64,000 nt of DNA from Pseudomonadota bacterium (GTDB lineage: Bacteria > Myxococcota_A > UBA796 > SXON01), in assembly GCA_005778355.1 (NCBI GenBank), contig SXON01000240.1, forward strand, positions 8,938-72,937, written 5' to 3'. The translations under genes were made by a program, and so were the position numbers. Under the pieces are notes generated by a model. It made no database searches and was not told where the DNA came from. It was given only the letters and a program-made list of their open reading frames with translations. The first letter of the stretch is position 1. Each line of letters begins with the position of its first letter. Below are positions 36,112 through 47,469 of the stretch, piece by piece.

Positions 36112-37112
36112 ACCTCAGCCGGCGCCTTCGTCGCTACGTGCCGCGGTCGCGCTGGGTAAAACTCGGCATCGGGCTCCTCGTCGGCGCCTGTTTCTTGCTC
36201 GCGGCGGAACTGGCGCTGCGCGGCGCGGGCGTGCGCCCCTCGTACACCGGCCGCGAGGCGCTGGGCTGGCGCATGACGCCGAGCCTCCAGGACGATGCCT
36301 TCCGGGCCCCCGGCGGGCAACCCTTCGCGGTGCGCACAAACAGCGACGGTCTGCGAACCGCCTATGGCCGTGATCGCGAGCCGGGCGCGCGTCGAGTGAT
36401 GGTCTTCGGCGACAGCACGGTGTTTGGCTGGGGCGTCGACGACGGCGGCAGCGTGGCCGAGGGGATGGAAGAAGCGCTCGACAAGCTGGGGCCCACCGAG
36501 GTGATCAACGCGGGACAGCCCGGCTACTCGTCGTGGCAGGCAGCCGCCTTGTACCTCGACCTCGCCGAGGCCTATACGCCCGATGCGGTGGTCTTCTTCC
36601 TGCCCCAGCACGACCGCAACCGGGTGCCCGTGTCCGACCGCGAGGCACTGGAAGGCGCCGATAGCGCACCCGCGCGGGCGCGGGTGTGGCTGGCCACGCA
36701 GTCCCGGATTTTCGAGTTCGCGCGGGCCTACTTGCTCGCGTTGCCCGAGCGCCAGGTGGTCTTGCCCCACGAGCGGGCGGCCGCCTCGCGAGTTGACCGG
36801 GTTTCTGACAGCGACCGCGCCCACGCCTTCACGCTCGTGGTCGACGATGCCGAGAAGCGAGGCACACGGGTGTTCTACAGCCTGCTGCCTCACCAGGCCG
36901 AGCTGAGCGGCAACCCAGGCCCTCCCAACCCGCAACAGGCCTGGGCGCTCAGCTTCGGTCGCGACACGGTGTTCCTCGATGCACGCGACGCCTGCGCGAG
37001 CATCGGGATGGCCGCGCTACTGCCAGGCGACCCCGGGCACCTCACCGCCGAGGCGAACCACACGGCGGGGGCGAGCATCGCGGATGAGATCGCGACCGCG
37101 ATGGGGTGGTAG
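36108..37112 (+). CDS. SGNH/GDSL-family hydrolase with N-terminal membrane anchor
   Basis: Has the block-I motif VMVFGDSTVFGWG and INAGQPGYSS. GTGA overlap with murI. Paralogue of 38746..39831. Confidence 0.65.
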   Translation: MNLSRRLRRYVPRSRWVKLGIGLLVGACFLLAAELALRGAGVRPSYTGREALGWRMTPSLQDDAFRAPGGQPFAVRTNSDGLRTAYGRDREPGARRVMVFGDSTVFGWGVDDGGSVAEGMEEALDKLGPTEVINAGQPGYSSWQAAALYLDLAEAYTPDAVVFFLPQHDRNRVPVSDREALEGADSAPARARVWLATQSRIFEFARAYLLALPERQVVLPHERAAASRVDRVSDSDRAHAFTLVVDDAEKRGTRVFYSLLPHQAELSGNPGPPNPQQAWALSFGRDTVFLDARDACASIGMAALLPGDPGHLTAEANHTAGASIADEIATAMGW

Positions 37113-37121
37113 GCCAGGGCT

Positions 37122-37169
37122 GTCAGCGACGGCGACAGCGACAGCGACAGCGTCAGCGTCAGCGTCATC
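37122..37169. repeat. Hexanucleotide microsatellite (GWCRKC)8: gtcagc gacggc gacagc x3 gtcagc x2 gtcatc
   Basis: Read directly. It begins 10 nt after the stop codon at 37110-37112. Confidence 0.85.
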
Positions 37170-37337
37170 GCGGGGGGCGCAGAACTCGCCCTCAAGTCAC
37201 GACACCCGGCCCGGCAGGGCCCGAGAGGAGGGGAGTGTCACCGGAAGGGGGGAGAGTGCCGCGTTGGCCCTGCGGCCCGCGCGCCCGGCAAGGGCGCGAG
37301 CGAACGAAAACCGGAGCCCGGAGGGCACGGCACGGTA

Positions 37338-37364
37338 GGGGGAAACCGCCACGCGGTTTCCCCC
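37338..37364 (+). terminator. Strong GC hairpin (11-bp perfect stem GGGGGAAACCG/CGGTTTCCCCC, 5-nt loop)
   Basis: Read directly. There is no U-tract afterwards, so its function as a terminator is uncertain. Confidence 0.3.
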
Positions 37365-37452
37365 CCTCGAAATGGCCGGCCTAACGGGAAGGTTTCAGAA
37401 CTGGTGCAGGGACCATGCGGGGGTGCTGGGGGAGATGGTGTCGAGGTTGCGG

Positions 37453-37480
37453 TTGACGACTTCCACTTCCGCACCATAAT
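37453..37480 (+). promoter_or_regulatory. Sigma70-like promoter of the vapBC operon
   Basis: TTGACG, a 16-nt spacer, then CATAAT, about 19 nt upstream of the ATG at 37499. GAGG lies 5 nt upstream of the ATG. Confidence 0.45.
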
Positions 37481-37498
37481 GGAACCTGCGAGGTCCCG

Positions 37499-37768
37499 AT
37501 GTCATCGATCACGCTGAAGGACGTCCCCGAGGAACTGCTGCAGCGGTTGCGGAACGCAGCGGCGCGCGAGCGCCGGAGCCTCAACCAGGAGGCCCTGGTG
37601 CTCATCGAGGGAGGGCTCGCCGCCGCGGAGTCGGACGCGGAGCGCGCCGAGCGGCAACTTCAAGCGTGGAGGCGTCTCGCGGGGTCCTGGCGTTCCAATG
37701 AGAGCTTTGAGGAGGAAGTCGCTGCCATTTACGCCGCGCGAACGCCGGGTCGGGACTTCGACCTGTGA
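37499..37768 (+). CDS. vapB: Ribbon-helix-helix (Arc/FitA-type) antitoxin
   Basis: MSSITLKDVPEELLQRLRNAAARERRSLNQEAL is a typical RHH N-terminus. GTGA overlap with the PIN gene. Confidence 0.8.
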   Translation: MSSITLKDVPEELLQRLRNAAARERRSLNQEALVLIEGGLAAAESDAERAERQLQAWRRLAGSWRSNESFEEEVAAIYAARTPGRDFDL

Positions 37769-38160
37769 AGATTCTCGACACCGACACCTGTGTCGGCCTG
37801 CTCCGTGGGTACGCGACCGTGCTCGCCAAACGCGAGGAAGAGCGCGGTCGCGTCGCGACATCGTGGGTGACGGCGAGCGAATTGTTTTTCGGCGCGGAGC
37901 GCTCGGCGGCACCTGAGGAGAACCGGGCTGCGGTCGTGCGCCTTCTCGCCTCGATGACGGTGTTCGGACTCGATCTCGCGAGCGCGAGAGTGTTCGGCGA
38001 GGTGAAGGCCTCCCTCGCCCGGCAGGGGACAATCGTGGCCGATGCGGACCTGTTCATCGGATCCATCGCGATCAGCCGGGGTGCCACCATCGTGACCGGG
38101 AACCGCAAACATTTCGACCGGATCCCCGGCGCCGTGGTTGAAGACTGGTTGCGACCGTGA
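37765..38160 (+). CDS. vapC: PIN-domain ribonuclease toxin
   Basis: Contains ILDTD, SELFFGAE and DLFIGSIA..GATIVTGN. 131 aa. Confidence 0.85.
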   Translation: MKILDTDTCVGLLRGYATVLAKREEERGRVATSWVTASELFFGAERSAAPEENRAAVVRLLASMTVFGLDLASARVFGEVKASLARQGTIVADADLFIGSIAISRGATIVTGNRKHFDRIPGAVVEDWLRP

Positions 38161-38573
38161 GCCAGTCCGTCGTTGCCCTCCGGATCCTCAGCGCGAGTCC
38201 GCATGAAGATGTCCTGCTGATGGTGCAGATACGCGGTGCCACCTTCACGGGGACTGCAGATGTCTGGGTGCTCGGCGACGCCATGGTGGCCTTTCTGGCG
38301 GAGGCTCGGGCGCTCTACGCACGGCTCGACGGCACGGCGTCGCTGTCGTCGATCTCCCCCGGAGCGTTCGCGCTGTCCGTCGAGAGGATCGACGCGGCGG
38401 GTCACCTCGGGGTGCGCGGCCGCCTCGCTCAGTTCGCAACCGAGTATGCCTGGCGAGGTCGGTTCGACTTCGAACTGGCGTTCACGGATCGATGGGAATT
38501 CGAGGAACTTCGAGCGTTCACGGACGATCTGGCAGCATGTTTGGACGCGGCGGGCCCTTCCCGCGCCGGGTAG
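38157..38573 (+). CDS. Hypothetical protein translationally coupled to vapC
   Basis: The GTG start overlaps the vapC stop (GTGA). 138 aa, no recognised domain. Confidence 0.45.
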   Translation: MSQSVVALRILSASPHEDVLLMVQIRGATFTGTADVWVLGDAMVAFLAEARALYARLDGTASLSSISPGAFALSVERIDAAGHLGVRGRLAQFATEYAWRGRFDFELAFTDRWEFEELRAFTDDLAACLDAAGPSRAG

Positions 38574-38634
38574 GCCTTCGAATCCCGTTCGGGGCCACCG
38601 CCCCAAACAACGGTTCAACGCCGAAACGTAGCGG

Positions 38635-38711
38635 TGGACCAGGTGGGAGTCGAACCCACAGGATGACCGGGATTTTAAATCCCGCGCGTCTGCCAGTTGC
38701 GCCACTGGTCC
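38635..38711 (-). tRNA. tRNA-Leu (anticodon UAA), atypically short variable region by hand folding
   Basis: Sequence: GGACCAGTGGCGCAACTGGCAGACGCGCGGGATTTAAAATCCCGGTCATCCTGTGGGTTCGACTCCCACCTGGTCCA. It has a 7-bp acceptor stem, a Leu-type D arm, the anticodon arm CGGGA-TTTAAAA-TCCCG and the T arm GTGGG-TTCGACT-CCCAC. No CCA is encoded. Length is 77 nt, against about 85 nt for typical bacterial tRNA-Leu. Confidence 0.7.
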
Positions 38712-38745
38712 GTGACCCACAGCGTAGCGCCGGGTGGGCGGGGGG

Positions 38746-39831
38746 TCAACGACCCTCGAGGGGGGCCGTCTCGCGCACTAGCCGCTCCTGCAGGGATCGG
38801 GGATCCAGCGGTCCCTCGTCGAAGATGTCGCGCGGGAGCGCCAGGGCGGCGGGCTCGCCGGGGACGACCGGCCCCATCGCGAGCACCTTCGCCAGCTCGG
38901 ACGCTACGAGCTGGTTGCCCAAGGCCGTGGGGTGCATCTCGTCCATGAAGAGCGCCTCGACCGCCTCGCCCGAGGCGCGCAGGATCGGCGTGGCATCGAC
39001 GATCGGCACCCCAGCCACGCGCGCCAGCGTGGTGCGGTACTCCACGTAGGGCGTCCAGGGCTCGTGCACCGACTCGTACTGGAGGGTGCGGCGGTTGGCG
39101 AGTGTCAGAAACACCACGCCCACGCCCCGGCTGCGCGCCTCGGCGAGCATCCAGCGCAGGTTGTCCGCGTATGTTTCGAGCGGCACCCGACGCACGCCGC
39201 CCCAGCTGTCCCGCGACTTCCAGTACACCGAGTAGGTGGTCGGCCGACCGAGGACGCCCGCGAGGAAGCGGTACAGCGCGCTGTCGATCAAGACCGACTC
39301 CGCGGCTCCGCTCGGGCCGGACAGGGCGCCGAGCAAGGTGGCGTCGGGGAAGTAGTCGAACTGGTTGTCCGACCACTGGTTGCCGATGACAATGACCCTC
39401 GCGCCCATCGACCAGCCCTGCTCGTCGAGGAAAACCCTCGTCTGGAGCGACGAGTAGCCCGGCACCGCCGCGGTGCAGGCGCGGTAGGCTCCGGCCGTCG
39501 CCACGCCGAGTTGCCCGTGCAGGGTGTCCATGTCGGCGAGGCCATGGCCGAAAATGGAGCTGTCACCGAGGGTCAACAAGAGCGGCGACGACGACTCGGG
39601 GCAGCTCCGGAGCCCGGTGGCGTCGATGGTCACGCTCACGCCGGCGCTGTCGACGGTTCCCGGAGACATCGACCAGCCCCGCGTGGGGTGCGGCTGCATG
39701 AAGGTGCTCCCCGTCGGTGCCACGGCCCGGGCCGGCTCCAGGATGCGCGCGATCCCCTCGCCCCCTACCAGGAGCGCGAGGCCAAGCGCCAAACCAAGCA
39801 ACGGTCGGTAACGACGGAGCCGTCGCGACAC
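38746..39831 (-). CDS. SGNH/GDSL-family hydrolase with N-terminal membrane anchor (paralogue of 36108..37112)
   Basis: The N-terminus MSRRLRRYRPLLG parallels (M)NLSRRLRRYVP of the paralogue. Also has LLTLGDSSIFGHG and VPGYSS. Confidence 0.65.
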   Translation of the reverse strand: MSRRLRRYRPLLGLALGLALLVGGEGIARILEPARAVAPTGSTFMQPHPTRGWSMSPGTVDSAGVSVTIDATGLRSCPESSSPLLLTLGDSSIFGHGLADMDTLHGQLGVATAGAYRACTAAVPGYSSLQTRVFLDEQGWSMGARVIVIGNQWSDNQFDYFPDATLLGALSGPSGAAESVLIDSALYRFLAGVLGRPTTYSVYWKSRDSWGGVRRVPLETYADNLRWMLAEARSRGVGVVFLTLANRRTLQYESVHEPWTPYVEYRTTLARVAGVPIVDATPILRASGEAVEALFMDEMHPTALGNQLVASELAKVLAMGPVVPGEPAALALPRDIFDEGPLDPRSLQERLVRETAPLEGR

Positions 39832-40752
39832 CTACCACACCCCATGGAGCAGCGCGATCTGGGTGCTCAGCTCGAGGCCGATCGCGAGCTCGTCCTCCGT
39901 GGGGAACCAGGCCACGCCGAGCCCCACCCCCGCGAGCTCCACCCGGCCGGTGAGCACCGGGCCGAGCGACTCGCCGTCGAGACCGCCGCCGAGGTCGACG
40001 GTGGTCGAGAGCGAGCCGCGCCCCAGTCGTTGCCGCAGGCCCAGCATCACCCGGCTGTGCGCCTCCGGGTCGTCGTCGCCCACGCTGCCACCGGCCTGCG
40101 CGCGCAGCCACGCGCGATCACGCACCACCACGCTCACCTCGCCCGCGAGGGCGTAGTCGCCTGCCGCGCGGGGCGTCAGGGCGAGAGCACCGTCCCAGGT
40201 GCCCCCGAGCACGGGCTTCTCGGGCGTAGCGCGCAGGGCCTGGAGCCGGTCGACCCTGGTGGCAAACGACAGGTTGTCGGCGGCGAGCTTGCGAGACACG
40301 ATCCCGATGATCCGTCCCTCGGCGTCGAGCAGGGGTCCCCCCGAATTGCCCGGGTTGAGCGCCGCGTCGGTCTGGATCAACGTGGTGCCCACCGCGCTCA
40401 CGATGCCCTCCGACACCGACCACAAGAGCGTGCCCTCGAGCTTCCCCGAGGCCGCCGACGCATACGGGTGACCGATGGCAAACACCCGCTCGCCCGGCGT
40501 CGGCAGTGATTCGCGCGGGACGAGCGGCGCCCCGAGGGTGCCATCGACCTCGATGATCGCGAGGTCGTTGGCCGGATCCATTGCGACGGTGCGCGCCTCG
40601 TGGCGCGAGCCGTCACGCAGCTCTACCCTCGGCTTGTGCCCGCTGGCTACGCAGTGGTAGGCGGTGGCCACGGTGTGATCGTCCACGACCACCCCGGCAC
40701 AAATCGATGGCCCGGTCACGAGCAAGACGACCGCATCAATCCAGGCTTCCAC
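39832..40752 (-). CDS. Trypsin-like (S1) serine protease with C-terminal beta-rich extension
   Basis: The catalytic triad context is TAYHC, NDLAII and GNSGGPL. Confidence 0.75.
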   Translation of the reverse strand: MEAWIDAVVLLVTGPSICAGVVVDDHTVATAYHCVASGHKPRVELRDGSRHEARTVAMDPANDLAIIEVDGTLGAPLVPRESLPTPGERVFAIGHPYASAASGKLEGTLLWSVSEGIVSAVGTTLIQTDAALNPGNSGGPLLDAEGRIIGIVSRKLAADNLSFATRVDRLQALRATPEKPVLGGTWDGALALTPRAAGDYALAGEVSVVVRDRAWLRAQAGGSVGDDDPEAHSRVMLGLRQRLGRGSLSTTVDLGGGLDGESLGPVLTGRVELAGVGLGVAWFPTEDELAIGLELSTQIALLHGVW

Positions 40753-40797
40753 GCGCGCGGACTAACAGGTTAGCGGCCGCCCCCGCCCGGGTTGCCC

Positions 40798-43253
<2,456 letters not shown>

Positions 43254-43257
<4 letters not shown>

Positions 43258-44066
43258 TCCTGGCTTTTTGGCTCTGGGCCTGCTCCAACGAGGAGGCAGC
43301 GCCGCCCGCAGAGGCACCGAGCGCGGACGCGACGCCCGACCCTACGAAGTCGAGCGTGGAGGCCGAGGAGGCCGAGCCGGAGGCCAAGGGTACCGAGGCC
43401 CCCCGCGTGCCGGCCACCAGCGCCAGTCGCCTCGCTGCCTCGCACGTCCTGGTCGCTTGGGCGGGGGCCATGAAGCCCGACGCGAGTGTGAAGCGCACGC
43501 GAGACGAGGCCCGCGTCCGTGCCGATGAGGCCCGTGCGCGGATCCTCGCGGGCGAGGACTTCGCCAAGGTGGCGACAGCGATGTCGGACGACAAGTCCAA
43601 GAGCCGCGGCGGTCGTCTCGGCAACTTCAACGCCGGGACGATGGTCCCAGTGTTCGAGGAAGTCGTGCGCGGTCTCTCGGTGGGCGAAGTGAGCACCGTG
43701 GTGGAATCGCCGTTCGGCTTCCACGTGATCCGTCGCGAGATGATGTCTCAAATCCACTGTGCCCAGGTCATCGTCGGCTACGGGGGCGCGGAGCGGCCGA
43801 TCGAGGGTGTCACGCGGTCGAAAGAGGAGGCCCGTGGCCGGATCGAGGCTGCCCTCGCGGAGCTCCAGGGCGGGGCGGACTGGAACGCGACCGTACGCAA
43901 GTACAGCGACGGCCCGGCGAAAGAAGACAACGGCGATCTCGGCTGGTTCTCTCGTCGCCAGTTGATGCCTCAACTCGACGAGCCCGCCTTCGACCTCGAC
44001 ATCGGCGCGATCACGACGATCATCGAGACGCCGACCGGCTTTCACCTCGTCAAGCGGCTGGAGTAG
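43254..44066 (+). CDS. Parvulin-type peptidyl-prolyl isomerase lipoprotein (two rotamase-like segments)
   Basis: Signal MILAFWLWA|C. Contains ASHVLVAW..., FGFHVIRRE and TGFHLVKRLE. Confidence 0.7.
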
Positions 44067-45353
44067 TTGGCGAGCCCCCTGCAGCCCGGGAGCCGGCTCG
44101 CGGGGCGCTACCGCGTGGGCGAGGCGCTGGAAGCCCCCGCCGACCTTGCACGGCACGCGGTCGCCGACGAGCAGGCTCCGGAAGCGGCGCTGGAGGTGGT
44201 GACGCCACAAGCCCACGCGCGCATGCGCCCCGGCGCGCGTGAGGCCTTCCTCGCCGCCCAGGTGCCCCCGCCGCGAGGGCTGTGCACTGTTGCCGTGGTC
44301 GACGACGGCGCTTTCCCCGTGCGCGTGCGCCAGCGAGCCAGCGCCCTCGTCAACGAGGCCGTGCTCGGGGGCCTGTCCAGCGAGGAGGGCGCCCGGTTGC
44401 ATGCCTGGCTCGGCAGCGACGCGTCGCTGGAGGCCGAAGACCTGGTGATCGACCTGGACGGCGCTCCCCGGCTTGCCCCCCGGGGACTCGTCCATGGCCA
44501 GCGCCTGGTGCCGCCCCGGCCGATGTCGAGCCTCCTGGCCGCCCCAGGCGCCGACGGGAATCCGCCACGCATCGTGCTCGCCGCGCGCGCCCTGGCGAGA
44601 GAACCGGTAGATGCCCACGGCTGGACCCGGCTCGCCCGACCGGCCTTCGTCGTGACCGTGGCGCTGGCGGACGACCCCGCGCGCATCGAGCGGGTCTCGA
44701 TCTTCACCGGTCTCGCGCGCGACGATGTGCGGCGCGCGGCGAAGGTCGGGAAGGCCTGGCCATGGGCCGTGTCCGACCACCTCGCCATCGCGACGCGGGC
44801 CCGAATCCTCGCGGGTCGCATCGGCCTCGCGCCCGAGCTCGTTACCGTGGGGGTGATGCCTCCGAGCTTCGTGGGCACGGCGATGGCGGCGCTGGGCACC
44901 CAGTTCCCGTTCCTCGTGGGCACCGGCATCCCTGCGCTCGACTTCTCCATCGCCGCCGGCCTCGGCCTCGCCTCCGCGGTGTCGCTCGTGTCCAACGGGC
45001 GCCGCGTGGGCCCCTTCCGCAGGGCCCAGCGAGCCCTCGGCGCCCTCGACCTCGCCCGCTCCGCCTCCCCACGCGCGCCGGGCGTGGAATCGGCCCTGCT
45101 CCGGCTCGCCGGGGCGCTCCAGGACCCCAGCGTCCCCGAGGTGGTTCGGGTCGACGCCCACGGCGCGCTCGACGACGCCTGGGTGGCCCTGCTCGGCGAG
45201 CCGCTGCCCCTGTCGGATCCGCGCCGCGAGGCTGCCCGCTTGTCGCGACACAAGAGCATCGCCGAAGCCGCTGGTGCGCTCGTTGATGCACTCCACGACC
45301 CCACGCCGGCGCTGGTCGCCGCGGTCGATCATCTGCGCCGGGTGTCGGCGTAG
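44067..45353 (+). CDS. Hypothetical protein with central hydrophobic segments
   Basis: 428-aa ORF abutting the upstream gene. No confident motif. Confidence 0.4.
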   Translation: MASPLQPGSRLAGRYRVGEALEAPADLARHAVADEQAPEAALEVVTPQAHARMRPGAREAFLAAQVPPPRGLCTVAVVDDGAFPVRVRQRASALVNEAVLGGLSSEEGARLHAWLGSDASLEAEDLVIDLDGAPRLAPRGLVHGQRLVPPRPMSSLLAAPGADGNPPRIVLAARALAREPVDAHGWTRLARPAFVVTVALADDPARIERVSIFTGLARDDVRRAAKVGKAWPWAVSDHLAIATRARILAGRIGLAPELVTVGVMPPSFVGTAMAALGTQFPFLVGTGIPALDFSIAAGLGLASAVSLVSNGRRVGPFRRAQRALGALDLARSASPRAPGVESALLRLAGALQDPSVPEVVRVDAHGALDDAWVALLGEPLPLSDPRREAARLSRHKSIAEAAGALVDALHDPTPALVAAVDHLRRVSA

Positions 45354-45376
45354 CCGGAGGCGGCTAAGTTCGGCCG

Positions 45377-46042
45377 ATGCCGAGTGCCGCCACCCCCGAA
45401 GGGCTCGCCTTCCTGCGCGAGCTGGCCCAGAACAACAATCGCGAGTGGTTCACCGCTCAGAAGAACCGCTTCGAGCACGATCTGCGCGAGCCGCTGCTGG
45501 CTTTCGTCGAGGCGCTGGCGCCTCGGATCGGGGCCATCGACCCGAGCGTGGCCTGCGACGCGAAGTCGGTTTTCCGGATCTACCGCGACACCCGATTCGC
45601 CAAGGACAAGTCACCCTACAAGACCAACCTCGGCGCGCACTTCACGCCGCGGCAGCCGGGAAAGGGTCGCGACGAGACCGTGCACCTCCCCGGCTACTAC
45701 CTGCACATCGAACCGGGGGGATGTTTCTTTGGGGCCGGCACCTGGCGTCCCGACGGGCCGTCGCTGGCGCGGATCCGTGGCGCCATGGAGGCCCAGCCCG
45801 CCGCCTGGACCCGCGCTCGCGACGCCGCCGCGCCCCTGGGCGGCGAACAACTCCAGCGCGTGCCCAAGGGCTACGCCGCCGATCACCCCCTCGCCGACGA
45901 CCTGCGTCGCAAGGATTTCGTCGCGATGCGGCAGTACGAGGAGACGATGCTCTGTCGCGAGGACTTCCTCGACGACTTCGTGGCCGACTGCGCGCGAGTG
46001 CTGCCGATGGTGCAGTTCCTCGCGCGGGCGGTCGGGGCGTGA
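45377..46042 (+). CDS. DUF2461 (TIGR02453) family protein
   Basis: Contains FLRELAQNNNREWF and FRIYRDTRFAKDKSPYKTN, characteristic of this family as I recall it. Confidence 0.7.
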   Translation: MPSAATPEGLAFLRELAQNNNREWFTAQKNRFEHDLREPLLAFVEALAPRIGAIDPSVACDAKSVFRIYRDTRFAKDKSPYKTNLGAHFTPRQPGKGRDETVHLPGYYLHIEPGGCFFGAGTWRPDGPSLARIRGAMEAQPAAWTRARDAAAPLGGEQLQRVPKGYAADHPLADDLRRKDFVAMRQYEETMLCREDFLDDFVADCARVLPMVQFLARAVGA

Positions 46043-47469
46043 TCCTCGGCGCCCTGGCCGGCCTCGCCCTCGCCGACGCCGACGAGCACGCCCAGTGGAC
46101 CGAGGGGATCGACGCTGTGCTCGACCAGGCGATGGTCGAGTTCACTCCGTGTGTCGCCTACACAGAGGCCGTCGAGGCAGGACACGTCGACCTGCTGGTT
46201 TTCGAGCTGCACTTCGCGGGCAAGCGCGCCTCGCCGACGCTGCAGCTCATGTCGATGAACGAGCCCTCGATGACGCCGTGCTTCCTGCGCGTGCTGCGGC
46301 AGCAGGACTACCCCTTGCCAGCGAACGGCGAGAGCGCCTTCGTGTTCATCGAGATCGCCAACCTCAAACCCCGCCGGGGCGCGCCCACGGTGTTCCGCGA
46401 TGCCAATCCGGCCACCGGCGAGCAGTCAACGCTCCCGAAGGCCTACCTCCACCAGATCATCGACAAGGTCTCCGATGACTGGGCGAGGGCCTGCGTACAG
46501 CCGCTCGTCAACCGGGAGGCCGGCGACGTGGGCGCCACAGTGCGGGAAGCGCTCGTCGTCAACGACGACGGCACGGTGACGGCAACGCAATACGGGAAGA
46601 GCGTGATGCCCGAGGTGGAGGCGTGCATCCACGAGCACGTCGGGCGACTGAGCTTTCCCCCCGGCTTCGGCGACACCGGCAAGCTGACCCTGACCGTGTC
46701 CCTCTCAGGCACGGGCGGCGAGTATGCGGGCGGCGAGCGCCGTTGGAATCTGCAGTGGAACTGGCGTATTCAAACCTGGCTTGGCTGGTACGACACGGGG
46801 CGGCGGTACAGCCGCGCCGACCCAGCGCACCTCTTGATCTCGACCGAGCTCTCGCACGTGATGAGCGCCGAGGAGCTGCGGGGCTGCCTCGTGAAGTGGC
46901 CGGCCGAGCCCGGCCTCGTGCTCCCCGGCGAAACGCGTCATGACGGCGAGGGTGGCCGGAGCACCGTCGTGCGGCCAGGCGGGAACCTCGCCGTCTGCGC
47001 GGCCGAGGTGCTCGACCGGGTGCCCGCCATGCCGTCCAAGGGCGTGGCCAGTGTCACGTTCTGGATGCAGCTACTGCCGCAGCAGAAACTGACCATCGCC
47101 CCGCCGGAGATCCCCGGTCTCGCGGCTAGCTGGGGGCCACGTCAGCCCGGCCTGGCATTCCGCTCGCTGGTGATGGGACCCTGGGACTACACCCAGGTCG
47201 ATGACCGCCTGCGGACGGCGCGCCGCGCCATCGACGCCTGCCGGTCGCCATCCTCGCGAGGGACCGGCGGCAGGGACCAGGTTCTGATCGACGCCCGCTT
47301 CGACGGCCCCACCGGCAAGGTGGTCGACGCCCGCATCCTCGACGCCGACGTGGAAGAATCCGTGGAGGCCTGCGTGCTCGCGGCCGCGACGAGCAAGGGC
47401 CTCGACGAACCACTCGGTACCGGTGAGCTCCGCGTCATCTACACTGCCACCCTCCCCGAGCGCGAGTGA
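46039..47469 (+). CDS. Hypothetical protein
   Basis: The GTG start overlaps the upstream stop. 476 aa, no motif recognised. Confidence 0.4.
   Translation: MILGALAGLALADADEHAQWTEGIDAVLDQAMVEFTPCVAYTEAVEAGHVDLLVFELHFAGKRASPTLQLMSMNEPSMTPCFLRVLRQQDYPLPANGESAFVFIEIANLKPRRGAPTVFRDANPATGEQSTLPKAYLHQIIDKVSDDWARACVQPLVNREAGDVGATVREALVVNDDGTVTATQYGKSVMPEVEACIHEHVGRLSFPPGFGDTGKLTLTVSLSGTGGEYAGGERRWNLQWNWRIQTWLGWYDTGRRYSRADPAHLLISTELSHVMSAEELRGCLVKWPAEPGLVLPGETRHDGEGGRSTVVRPGGNLAVCAAEVLDRVPAMPSKGVASVTFWMQLLPQQKLTIAPPEIPGLAASWGPRQPGLAFRSLVMGPWDYTQVDDRLRTARRAIDACRSPSSRGTGGRDQVLIDARFDGPTGKVVDARILDADVEESVEACVLAAATSKGLDEPLGTGELRVIYTATLPERE

Noticed and set aside
37113-38634. tRNA-targeted genomic island or prophage remnant
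   Set aside because: No integrase, excisionase or direct repeat of the tRNA 3' end was found by eye. Only the TA module and one unknown ORF are present, so I describe it merely as a possible small islet.
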